From contig JBJTQJ010000129.1 in assembly GCA_046075565.1 (NCBI GenBank), forward strand, positions 1-16,567: a stretch of DNA of 16,567 bases, in the 5' to 3' direction. The position numbers and the translations under genes are program-made. Origin of the DNA: Verrucomicrobiales bacterium. Lineage in GTDB: Bacteria; Verrucomicrobiota; Verrucomicrobiia; Verrucomicrobiales; SLCJ01. How positions within the stretch are numbered: the stretch's first letter is position 1; the number at the start of each line of letters is the position of its first letter. The notes under the pieces are model-generated. The model did not search any database. It was not told the origin of the DNA and saw nothing but the letters and a program-made list of their open reading frames with translations. This document shows positions 1 to 8,234 of this stretch, in pieces.

Positions 1-33
1 CAGTATTGAGGTAAGGAGCTTGATTTGTTTCAT
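1..33 (-). CDS. 5' end of a gene running off the left edge; N-terminus resembles a signal peptide (probable secreted protein)
   Basis: Reverse complement of 1-33 reads ATG AAA CAA ATC AAG CTC CTT ACC TCA ATA CTG (MKQIKLLTSIL), a basic-then-hydrophobic start. The upstream context (CATCAAACCAGACCATC-ATG) is A/C-rich like other starts in the window. Only 11 codons are visible. Confidence 0.55.
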   Translation of the reverse strand, partial: MKQIKLLTSIL

Positions 34-166
34 GATGGTCTGGTTTGATGTGGCGCAGGATATTGCGTGTGATGAGGTGATGAAATTCGGCTAGGACTTC
101 GGTGGTGATGTTTCCGGCTGGAGTGATCCGTTGGCCGCTGCGGATTTCCGCCGATCAGGATGGGTT

Positions 167-1621
167 TCATTTTGCCGATTTTTTGCCTTTCTTCTTGGAT
201 GGCGCTTTCGGATCCGGGGCATCGCTGGCGGTGTTCACTTCACGGTGGCGTTTCTCGAGCAGGGCGGGATCGAGGAAGGAGTCTTGCGTTTCCTTGCGCC
301 ATTCGAGCAAGAGGCCTTGCATTCGCTTGAGTGTCCCGGCGTGCGCCGGGTCGTCGGCCAGGTTTTGAAACTCCCCGGGATCACTCTGGAGATCGTAGAG
401 TTCCCATTCGGGAGGGTTGGCGGCACGGGCCATGGCTTGCTGGGCGGGCGTGTCCTTGTAGGCGGCACTGGCGGCGACCTGCGGGGCGGTGGCACCGTCC
501 ACGCCGATGTTGAGGGTGAGTTTCCCGGCGAGCAGGTTGTGGATGACATGGTAGCGGGAGTCGCGCAGGGAGCGACGCGGGAAGAATGGGCTTTCGCCGT
601 GCTGATGGAATTCGCCCGCCAGCGTGGTGCGCCAGCCGGTGTTGTCTCCGCCCGCCACCCCGCGGAGGGAGCGACCCTGCACCTGCGCCGGGACGGGAAG
701 TCCGACGGCATCGAGGATGGTCGGCAGGATGTCCACGGAGGAGACGAAGGACTCGCTCACCAGACCCGGCTTCGTCACTCCGGGCCAGCGGAGGAGAAAC
801 GGCGTGCGCAGTCCGGCCTCGTAACAGGTGGTCTTGCTCCGGGCCAGCGGCGGGCCGTTGTCGCTGAGGAAAATGACGAGCGACTCCTGCTCCTTGCCGG
901 CTTTCTTCAGTTCGGCGAGAACCAGTCCGACGCAGGTGTCCAGTCGGCGCACGCAGTTGTAATAATTCGCCGCGTCGGTGAGGATCTGGTCGTCCCGCAC
1001 CTTCTGGAAAGGCCACTCGGGCACAGCACCCTTCAGGAAGGGCTTTTCCGGCAGGCCGCCGATTTGCGGCTCGCAGACGCGGTGCGGATCGGCATCGTTC
1101 ACCATCAGGAAAAATGGACGCTTCGGGTCCTGGGCGAGGAACTTTGCCATCTCGCGGGCGACGCCCTGCGCATTGCGGGATCCGCCTTCGCCGATCTGTT
1201 CATTGTTGACCTTGAAGTCGAAGGGGAAGGCGCTGGCGGGATTGACATGCAACTTGCCAATGATGCCGGTGCGGTAGCCGGTGGCCTTCAGCAATGCGGG
1301 AATGGTCTGCGAGTGCAGTTGCGAATGCAGGGGCGGGTTCTTGGGTTTGGCGAGGCCGATGTGACCGTGGGAATGCGGAAACATCCCGGTGAAAATGGAG
1401 GCGCGCGACGGACTGCATGAGGATTGCGCGATGTAAGCCGTCTCGAACCGCACCCCCGAAGCGGCCAAGGTGTCGAGATGCGGTGTCTGGATGTGCTTGT
1501 CGCCATAACACAAAAGCTGCAAGCCGAGGTCATCGGCGGTGATCAGAAGAATGTTCGGCCGCTCGGCGCCCGTGGCGCTGGCGAGCAGGAGCAGGGTGAA
1601 GAGAATTGGTCTGAGAATCAC
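167..1621 (-). CDS. Secreted formylglycine-dependent (S1) sulfatase, most similar in motif pattern to the N-sulfoglucosamine-sulfohydrolase-like group
   Basis: Signal peptide (MILRPILFTLLLLASATGA), PNILLITADDLG, catalytic CSPSRASIFTG (CxPxR), GKLHV, DPHR, SDNG, KTTCYEAGLRTPFLLRWPG, WELYDLQSDPGEFQNLA. GTG start. The subfamily call is by eye only. Confidence 0.95.
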   Translation of the reverse strand: MILRPILFTLLLLASATGAERPNILLITADDLGLQLLCYGDKHIQTPHLDTLAASGVRFETAYIAQSSCSPSRASIFTGMFPHSHGHIGLAKPKNPPLHSQLHSQTIPALLKATGYRTGIIGKLHVNPASAFPFDFKVNNEQIGEGGSRNAQGVAREMAKFLAQDPKRPFFLMVNDADPHRVCEPQIGGLPEKPFLKGAVPEWPFQKVRDDQILTDAANYYNCVRRLDTCVGLVLAELKKAGKEQESLVIFLSDNGPPLARSKTTCYEAGLRTPFLLRWPGVTKPGLVSESFVSSVDILPTILDAVGLPVPAQVQGRSLRGVAGGDNTGWRTTLAGEFHQHGESPFFPRRSLRDSRYHVIHNLLAGKLTLNIGVDGATAPQVAASAAYKDTPAQQAMARAANPPEWELYDLQSDPGEFQNLADDPAHAGTLKRMQGLLLEWRKETQDSFLDPALLEKRHREVNTASDAPDPKAPSKKKGKKSAK

Positions 1622-1664
1622 GGAGCTTTTTGTTCGCCTGGTAGGCCACCGGGGGAATGAACGT

Positions 1665-4600
1665 TCAAGGTCCCGTCACCCTGACATCGACAAACAGACG
1701 GGCGGGCAGCGTCCCGGTGACCGTGGCGGTGACACGGGTGAAGCCGGGGGCCGGGGTGTTCGCTTCGGTGGTGAAATTCACGGTGGTTCCGCCGCTGGTG
1801 GCACCGCCGAGGTGGAAGGTGGCAAGATCGGTCGACCAGCGGTAGCTCGCAGTAAGGCCGGCGGGAAGCGAGCCCTGCGGGTGGGTGAAGGTGAAGGTGC
1901 TGCCGTTCTTGATGCCGGCGGTGAGTCCCTGCGTGAAGGCAACGGGGTGGGTGCCGAAGAAACTTTCCACTCCGTTGTCGATGCCGTCGCCTTCGGGGTC
2001 GTCGGCGAGATCCCGGTCGGCCGGAGCGAGTCCGAAGGCGGGGTTGGAGATCCAGTCGGAGAAGGTGGGGAGGGCGGAGGTGAAGTTCCAGGCGGACGGA
2101 GCGGAAATGCCCGCGAAGGCATTTCCACCGGAGGTATCGATGACGGCGGTGGCATCGATGATGACACAATATCCCGTTTCGTAATCGAGGTTGGCGGTGG
2201 GATTGATGGTGAGCGTGGAGCCGCTGAAGGTGAGTCTGGTTGACGAGACCACGTCGAAGCTCTCGACGATGCTGTTGTCGGAGGTTTTCCTGAGGGTGAT
2301 TGTGCCGGTTCCCTTTACGACCGGCTCGCTGAAGGTGGCGACGAGATTGGCATCGACAAGTACACCGGTCGCATCGTCTGCGGGTGCCAGGGAGACAAGG
2401 GTCGGGGCGAAGTCGGTGGTGAAGTCCCATGCGGTGGCGCTGGAAATGCCTGCAAAGGCATTTCCAGCGGAGGTGTCGATGACTGAGGTGGAAGGGATCA
2501 GGGCATAGTAACCCGTTCCCGTAGCCAGATTGTTGGTTGGATCGATTGTCAGTGCCTGGCCGCTGAAGGTAAGTCTGGAGGATGTGGCCGCGTCGAAGCT
2601 CTCGACGATGCTGTTATCGGAGGTTTTCCTGAGGGTGATCGTGCCGGTTCCCTTTACAACCGGTTCGCTGAAGGTTGCGACGAGGTTGGCATCGACAAGC
2701 ACACCGGTCGCATTGTCTGCGGGTGCTAGGGAGACAAGGGTGGGGGCGAAGTCGGTGGTGAAGTTCCATGCGGTGGCGCTGGAAATGCCTGCGAAGGCAT
2801 GGCCGCCGGAGCTGTCAATGATCGCGGTGGAGGGGATCAGGGCATAATAACCCGTTCCCGTAGCCAGGTTGTTGGTTGGATCGATTGTCAGTGTCTGGCC
2901 GCTGAAGGTAAGCCTGGAGGATGTGGCCGCGTCGAAGCTCTCGAGGATGCTGTTGTCGGAGGTTTTCCTGAGGGTGATCGTGCCGGTTCCCTTTACGACC
3001 GGTTCGGTGAAGGTTGCGACAAGGTTGGCATTGACAAGCACACCGGTCGCATCGTCCGCCGGGCTGGTGGTGGTGATGACAGGTGCGGCAGCCGACGGCA
3101 CGAAGACGGCGAGGGCGTTGTTGTCGCCCGACGGGGCGCTGACCGTCCAAGTGTAATTGGCGGAGCCCGCTGTTGGCACAATCTGGTAGCCCGCGTTGCC
3201 CGCGGACGAACCCGAATCGCCGTTATGGAGGGTGCTGGCGAAGGGACCGGTGATCGAGGGTAAGTTGTTGGACGTGTAAACGCCGGTTACAAGGCTCCCA
3301 TTTACCGGGATGATCAAGTTGCCGGTAAGGCCAGTGGTGGTCGAGGTTCTCGCCACACCCCGGGCGGCGCCAGCCAAGCTCAGCACCCCGACGCGTGACT
3401 GGGTGGCCGCAGCAAAGGTCACGACGATGTTGCCAGAGCCCGTGGCTGGGTCGTCCAGGTAGAGGATCGCCGAATTTCTGCCGCCTGCGGAGTTGACCGC
3501 CACCGTGAAATTCTGAGTCCCTTTCCAAGTCGCGCTGATGCCCGGATTCGCGTTTTCCCAACTGGCGGTCAGCACCAGCTTGCGGTAGCTGCCGTCGGGC
3601 ACGGTGAAGTTGGAAATGGTGTTGGTGGTCGCGGTCGTGGACGTCTCATAGCGTTGGGTGTTGGCATTGTCTTCAAGCACGAGCCTGTCGAATTCAAGTG
3701 TGGGAGCGGCGATCGTGGCGTGTTCTTTCGATGCCACGATGGAGTTGCCGGATGCGGTGCTGGCTCTGGTGAGAATGAATGTCACCTTGTTGTCGGTATC
3801 CGCCAAAAGGAAGGAATCGAGGGCTGCGGACCGCAGCTCCAGAATGTTCCCCAAGGGCTGAGGTCCGGTGGCGGCAAGCGTGCCGAGTAGCGTCACCCGA
3901 CTGCTGGTGAGCCCATCTCCCGACGTTGTGGTGTTGGCCGGTGCGTTATTCCACGTGATGGTGCTCTCGCCCCAGGATTCCCCGGCGTCGGCATCTTTCA
4001 ATCCATAGACCTGCCATGGCGTCGTGTCATTCCATGCACTCTCGACCATGAACTGCAGGGAAGCGTTCGGCGTGGACTTAGGGTCATGCCCGGTAAGATC
4101 GAAGCGGATGTATGCCTTCCGATAATTGTCGGCGGTGGTGGCATTTTTGACGACGAGTTGCGTCGCAGTGCCGAAGTTGATCGCGGCACTGCTGCCTGCC
4201 CGAACATAGGCATCCGCGCTGGATTCCAGTGAGGCAATGCCGGAAAGCGCTTGCGGCGTGGCGCTCGCGACCGCGCTGTCCGGACTGGTGCCCTGGGCCG
4301 TGGTCATCGTGACCTTGTAGAAATACGGGGTGCCCTGCACCAAGTGCGAGTCCATCCAAGTCGTGCCGTTGACTCCCGCGGCGATGCTGGTGAACGGACC
4401 CGCCAGCGATGTTGCACGGAAGATACTATACGTTGCCGACGTGGTACCCCCCGTCCAGCCCTCCCAGGCCAGTGCGATTTTCGTGGCGGATGCCGCGTTC
4501 GCGGTCAGACTCTCGGGTGCGAGGGGACCGGCTTCTTGCCTGCCATAAACTTCCACGTAATCCACCTTGGCCGGAGTGCCGGAAACGGGTGTGACATCGA

Positions 4601-6716
4601 GCCGGATCTCTGCACCGGCTGGCAGAGTGACCGCACGTTTGATCCGGTGGCGGATTTGAAGGCCCGTGCCGGCCGGCGTCAGCTCCGCGCTCCACGAATC
4701 AACACTCGTTCCGTTCACGCGCAGCACGTAGCTGGCCGCAGCGCTGGACCCGGTGATATACGCGGCGTGGAGGTTGTAGGTTCCGGCCGCACCGGTAAAG
4801 GTGGTCGTGAGTCTCCCGTTCGCGCTGAAAGTGACTCCAGCATCATTGGAGTAGGCGGAGACTCCTGACTCGGCGGTTCCGGTGGTGATTGTCATGTTCT
4901 CGGCCTCGACCTTGGTCGGCATGACATAGTTCGACTTGCGGCCCGCATAATCGGTGATGGTCGTGTCTGCAGTGGTGACGTTGGAAATCAAACGGATGTT
5001 CTGCACGCCGCCGCTGGTATTCTGGTTGATGTCGTCGGAGCAATTCACATTGGCGTTGCGCTCGAAGGTGATGAATTCCGAGTAGTTGTCCGCATAGATC
5101 CCGGCCACCGGATAAGCACCCGTGAGTTGGGCCCACTGGATCGTGTCCGCCCAGTTGTCCACGATATGGGTTCCTTGTTGGCGGGCCAGCGTGTAAAACG
5201 CCGCGCCGTCGTCGTGGAACTGCATCACGTGATGCACGTAATTGTTTCTCAGGATGTTGTCCTTCATGCCCGCTTCCTCGTTGCCACCAGCCTGCCCGCC
5301 CGTCTGGGTGCCCATGTAGGGTCCGTAAGAGATTTCATTGTCCGCGATGAGCATGCGTTTCACGAAATAGCTGACGATGCCGACGCCGTTGCTGTATTGC
5401 TGGCCGAACCGGGAGATGCCGTTGTTGACGATGCGGATATTCTGGCACTCTTCACCTGCGGCCGGGCTTTGATCGCCATCCTCATGAATCACGATGCCGT
5501 TCCCGGAGAGCCAACGGAAATCGCAGTTGCGGATGGCTCCGCCCGTGACGCCCTTCACATAGGAAATGGCCGTGAAGCCTAGGAACCGGAACTTGCAGAA
5601 AGCAATATCCACATTCTCGGCATACTGCGCCGTGATCGCTCCATGCTTCGCAAAGGGTGAGATGAGTTCCCTGGCACCCTGGCTCATGGCGGAACCTTTG
5701 GTGCTAGGCCCGTTCCAGCCGGTTTGGGTGAAGGTCAGCCCTTCAAAGCGGACATTGCGCACCTTGCCGCTGGTGCTGGAGGATGTGCCGGAGATCTGGA
5801 TCAGCCTTTCCAGCTTTGGCGCCTCGATGGTGGCGGTGGGCATGTATTCACCCGTGCGCGGCTTGTAGTAAAGTGTCGAGCTGGCGGTATCATGGAACCA
5901 CTCGCCCTCGGCATCGAGAAAATCGATCGAGTTCTCGACGAAGTAAGGAACGGGATAAGTAAGGCTATCCCAGAAACTGTCGCCTTTGGCGAAAATCGAA
6001 CCGTTCTCAGGCGATTGGAATTTGAAACGGACCTGAGTCTCATTTTGATAGGAACCACCGTCTGCGGCAAGGCGGTCATCGACTCTCCCGCGGTATTGAT
6101 ACCAGTGCGGGTGCATGACCACTTCCACGTTGGAGAGGCCGGTGATACTTCTCCAACCTTCGACGTCCGGCCGATGGACAATCGCCTCTTTGGCCGCGGC
6201 GTCGATTCCGATCATGTTGAAATACGGGTCCGCAGCGTTTTGATTCGGCAATCTCGCCCTGATGGCAGAGGAGGCATTCACGGTGAGTTGCCGGAACGGG
6301 AAGTTGACCCCGGTTTTCTTATAGATGTTTTTCGTTGCATCATGAAGCACCCAGCCGCCCGAGAGATCCACGCCGCCGCTGATGACGGGGACCTCGCTGC
6401 CGTAATTCCGGTATACGACATTGAAGCCATTCGTTCCCGAATCACCCGGATCCAGCGTCAGCATCGCGGAAAGGCGGTGGATGCCTCCGCGGAGATGGAC
6501 GGTGATATCCTCCGTCATGCTGCCATTGATCGCATCCACCGCCGCGCGCGCTTTCTCCAAGGTCTTGAACGCGGTAGCGAGCGACGTGCCGTTGTTCGTA
6601 TCCTTTCCGGAAACGGGATCGACGTAGAAGTCCTCGGCGGAGGTCACGCTGCCCCCGCAAAACGCGAGCGCCAGCAGGCAACGCACGAGAACATGGATCC
6701 GGGAGGGCGGTTTCAT
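1665..6716 (-). CDS. Large secreted modular protein (~1683 aa): GH141-like right-handed beta-helix, CBM6/35-like module, FN3, DNRLRE/CBM96-like module, unassigned ~200-aa domain, three SbsA/Big_5-type Ig-like repeats, C-terminal DxxGDG-type domain
   Basis: Start placed at ATG 6716 (MKPPSRIHVLVRCLLALAFCGGSVTSA, signal peptide); the ORF extends to ATG 6770. Motifs: FYVDPVSGKDTNNGT...HLRGGIHRL...DSG...PVISGG and DDGAAFYTL...GIYADNYS (~4935-6635); KVEAENM...KVDYVEV (~4542-4913); PESLTA...LAW...YSIFR...YFYKVT (~4254-4526); ADAYVRAG...NFG...RKAYIRFDL...ITWNNAP...SKE (~3688-4229); repeats at 2070-3086. Confidence 0.85.
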   Translation of the reverse strand: MKPPSRIHVLVRCLLALAFCGGSVTSAEDFYVDPVSGKDTNNGTSLATAFKTLEKARAAVDAINGSMTEDITVHLRGGIHRLSAMLTLDPGDSGTNGFNVVYRNYGSEVPVISGGVDLSGGWVLHDATKNIYKKTGVNFPFRQLTVNASSAIRARLPNQNAADPYFNMIGIDAAAKEAIVHRPDVEGWRSITGLSNVEVVMHPHWYQYRGRVDDRLAADGGSYQNETQVRFKFQSPENGSIFAKGDSFWDSLTYPVPYFVENSIDFLDAEGEWFHDTASSTLYYKPRTGEYMPTATIEAPKLERLIQISGTSSSTSGKVRNVRFEGLTFTQTGWNGPSTKGSAMSQGARELISPFAKHGAITAQYAENVDIAFCKFRFLGFTAISYVKGVTGGAIRNCDFRWLSGNGIVIHEDGDQSPAAGEECQNIRIVNNGISRFGQQYSNGVGIVSYFVKRMLIADNEISYGPYMGTQTGGQAGGNEEAGMKDNILRNNYVHHVMQFHDDGAAFYTLARQQGTHIVDNWADTIQWAQLTGAYPVAGIYADNYSEFITFERNANVNCSDDINQNTSGGVQNIRLISNVTTADTTITDYAGRKSNYVMPTKVEAENMTITTGTAESGVSAYSNDAGVTFSANGRLTTTFTGAAGTYNLHAAYITGSSAAASYVLRVNGTSVDSWSAELTPAGTGLQIRHRIKRAVTLPAGAEIRLDVTPVSGTPAKVDYVEVYGRQEAGPLAPESLTANAASATKIALAWEGWTGGTTSATYSIFRATSLAGPFTSIAAGVNGTTWMDSHLVQGTPYFYKVTMTTAQGTSPDSAVASATPQALSGIASLESSADAYVRAGSSAAINFGTATQLVVKNATTADNYRKAYIRFDLTGHDPKSTPNASLQFMVESAWNDTTPWQVYGLKDADAGESWGESTITWNNAPANTTTSGDGLTSSRVTLLGTLAATGPQPLGNILELRSAALDSFLLADTDNKVTFILTRASTASGNSIVASKEHATIAAPTLEFDRLVLEDNANTQRYETSTTATTNTISNFTVPDGSYRKLVLTASWENANPGISATWKGTQNFTVAVNSAGGRNSAILYLDDPATGSGNIVVTFAAATQSRVGVLSLAGAARGVARTSTTTGLTGNLIIPVNGSLVTGVYTSNNLPSITGPFASTLHNGDSGSSAGNAGYQIVPTAGSANYTWTVSAPSGDNNALAVFVPSAAAPVITTTSPADDATGVLVNANLVATFTEPVVKGTGTITLRKTSDNSILESFDAATSSRLTFSGQTLTIDPTNNLATGTGYYALIPSTAIIDSSGGHAFAGISSATAWNFTTDFAPTLVSLAPADNATGVLVDANLVATFSEPVVKGTGTITLRKTSDNSIVESFDAATSSRLTFSGQALTIDPTNNLATGTGYYALIPSTSVIDTSAGNAFAGISSATAWDFTTDFAPTLVSLAPADDATGVLVDANLVATFSEPVVKGTGTITLRKTSDNSIVESFDVVSSTRLTFSGSTLTINPTANLDYETGYCVIIDATAVIDTSGGNAFAGISAPSAWNFTSALPTFSDWISNPAFGLAPADRDLADDPEGDGIDNGVESFFGTHPVAFTQGLTAGIKNGSTFTFTHPQGSLPAGLTASYRWSTDLATFHLGGATSGGTTVNFTTEANTPAPGFTRVTATVTGTLPARLFVDVRVTGP
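2070..3086 (-). repeat. Three tandem 339-nt (113-aa) intragenic repeats encoding Ig-like domains
   Basis: Units begin (minus strand) at 3086, 2747 and 2408. Each encodes AP...PAD.ATGVLV.ANLVATF.EPVVKGTGTITLRKTSDNSI.ESFD...AFAGIS...AW.FT. Long near-identical nucleotide runs such as CGGAGGTTTTCCTGAGGGTGAT recur at 339-nt spacing. Confidence 0.95.
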
Positions 6717-6899
6717 GGGTTGGGTTTGTCGGAAAATTGCGAATCGGGCCTGTCGCGGTCGGGCCTTCATGGGGAGGGGAGTTGGGTTTTCCAGCGGGGG
6801 AGGTCGCCTTTGCCTACGGTGTTGAACTTTGTTGACGATACGTGGGACGGGCGAGGCGTGGCGGGGAGATACTTCGGATGCGGGTGCTGCGGTTCATGG

Positions 6900-6932
6900 G
6901 ACACCGGCGTGCTCCATCAAGGCACCGATGTC
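6900..6932 (-). other. Imperfect RNA hairpin just downstream of the anti-sigma stop codon
   Basis: Minus strand reads GACATCGGTGC-CTTGATGGA-GCACGCCGGTGTC, pairing with one G-U and a 2-nt bulge. There is no U-tract, so it is not a canonical intrinsic terminator. Confidence 0.25.
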
Positions 6933-6938
6933 GGTTTG

Positions 6939-8234
6939 CTAAGGGTTTGGCCGGGGTGCCGCTGCGGTGGGCAAGGCGGCGATACCGTAAAGGATGGTGC
7001 CGGCACCGATGGATTCGGGCCGGGCGGCAGGGCCCAGCACCACCTCGCCACCTTCGGGCATGTCCCGGCGCCAGATATCAAACGAAACGGGCCTGTTCTC
7101 GCGGTGGGGTTCGATGCTGACCTTTCCAATCCGCTCGCCGGTGGGGACAAATCCCTCGACCAGCCAATGTGGCGCGGGCTGGTTTCGCCGCTGGAAGACA
7201 AAGAGCGAGGTGGAAGGCGCCACCGTCACGGTGACCCGAAGGTTCGCCCGATCGCGGTGGACGTGGGCCGGGAGCACCAGATCCGCTCCAAACAACCACG
7301 CGGGGATGGGGCGTTCGGACAGGCTCACCCAACGGGCATTCCGGTTGTGGTGGGCCGGCACCGACTCGACCAGACCGCCCGCGACAATGTGGTAAACCGA
7401 TTGGCCCTTTTGATTGTTGCGGACCGAGCGGATGAGGGAACTGCCGTCATCAAGCGCACCCGTGCTCCACTGCCCCGTATGGGGATTAAATCGGACCTGT
7501 TCGAGCTTGCCGATGGTTCCGGATGTGTTCACCACGACGCCCTCACCTTCGGCGAGACGGTTGACCCCGCCTCGTTTGGAGTGCAGTTCGACGCTGCCTT
7601 CGATGACCACGACGCCGGTCGAACCGGCGGCGGATGCGTCCACCCCGAAGCGGGTGCCGAGGTCAACCACCCGCGTCTGGGGCGCGTCCAGAATGAATCC
7701 CTTGCCCTGCGGGCCGACATCCACGGTCGCCTTTCCCGAATGGATCCGGACATGCATCGGGTTGATGAAATGCAGTTGAGCCGGTGCGAGCAGCTCGATC
7801 GACACGTCGTTGGCCAAACGCAACTCCAGCAATCCCTCTTCGATGGTGAGGTCCCGGACCCGGCTCCGGCTACCGGTTTCGGTTGCGATGCTGCCGTTTG
7901 AGACCTTGAGATCCCTCGCCGCGACAACTTCGACCTCGACGCCCCGGGTCATGTGGGTCCAGGTCGCGATCGAAATGGCGATGACGGCGGCGGCCGCGAG
8001 CCCCAGAATCCGGAGTTTTCCCCGACGCGCCCGCGCATCGATGAACTGGATGGAGTCTTCCACGGCGGAGCTGCCGCGCAGGGCGGCCCGGAGTTGCTCC
8101 TCGCGGACTCCTGTGATGACAAATTCCCTCAACAGCTCGGGATTACCATCAAGCAAGTCACGGAGTTCGCTGGACTCGCCGTCGTCCAAATCATTCTCGT
8201 AGTAGCGGGAGGTTAAATTCTCGAATCGGTTCAT
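6939..8234 (-). CDS. FecR-domain membrane anti-sigma factor (431 aa) with an additional C-terminal extracytoplasmic domain
   Basis: Start MNRFENLTSRYYENDLDDGESSELRDLL (helical anti-sigma-like N-terminus). The ATG overlaps the sigma stop (ATGA, 8231-8234) and has AAAGGAG upstream. One TM segment (ILGLAAAAVIAISIATW). FecR motifs LEL.LANDVSIELLAPA, GFILDAPQTRVVDLGTRFGV, VVVIEGSVEL. The upstream extension of the ORF to 8831 overlaps the sigma gene and is rejected. Confidence 0.9.
   Translation of the reverse strand: MNRFENLTSRYYENDLDDGESSELRDLLDGNPELLREFVITGVREEQLRAALRGSSAVEDSIQFIDARARRGKLRILGLAAAAVIAISIATWTHMTRGVEVEVVAARDLKVSNGSIATETGSRSRVRDLTIEEGLLELRLANDVSIELLAPAQLHFINPMHVRIHSGKATVDVGPQGKGFILDAPQTRVVDLGTRFGVDASAAGSTGVVVIEGSVELHSKRGGVNRLAEGEGVVVNTSGTIGKLEQVRFNPHTGQWSTGALDDGSSLIRSVRNNQKGQSVYHIVAGGLVESVPAHHNRNARWVSLSERPIPAWLFGADLVLPAHVHRDRANLRVTVTVAPSTSLFVFQRRNQPAPHWLVEGFVPTGERIGKVSIEPHRENRPVSFDIWRRDMPEGGEVVLGPAARPESIGAGTILYGIAALPTAAAPRPNP

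Noticed and set aside
131-1420. 429-aa plus-strand ORF
   Set aside because: Antisense shadow of the sulfatase with no recognisable motifs; long antisense ORFs are expected in GC-rich coding DNA.
2191-3156. Three similar plus-strand ORFs (2191-2508, 2530-2847, 2869-3156) resembling a tandem gene family or array
   Set aside because: They are the antisense reading of the 339-nt Ig repeats. There are no unique spacers or cas genes, so this is not CRISPR, and no reverse transcriptase or A-specific variation, so it is not a DGR.
5724-7901. 725-aa plus-strand ORF spanning two genes and an intergenic region
   Set aside because: It overlaps two well-supported minus-strand genes and has no recognisable domain; treated as a shadow ORF.
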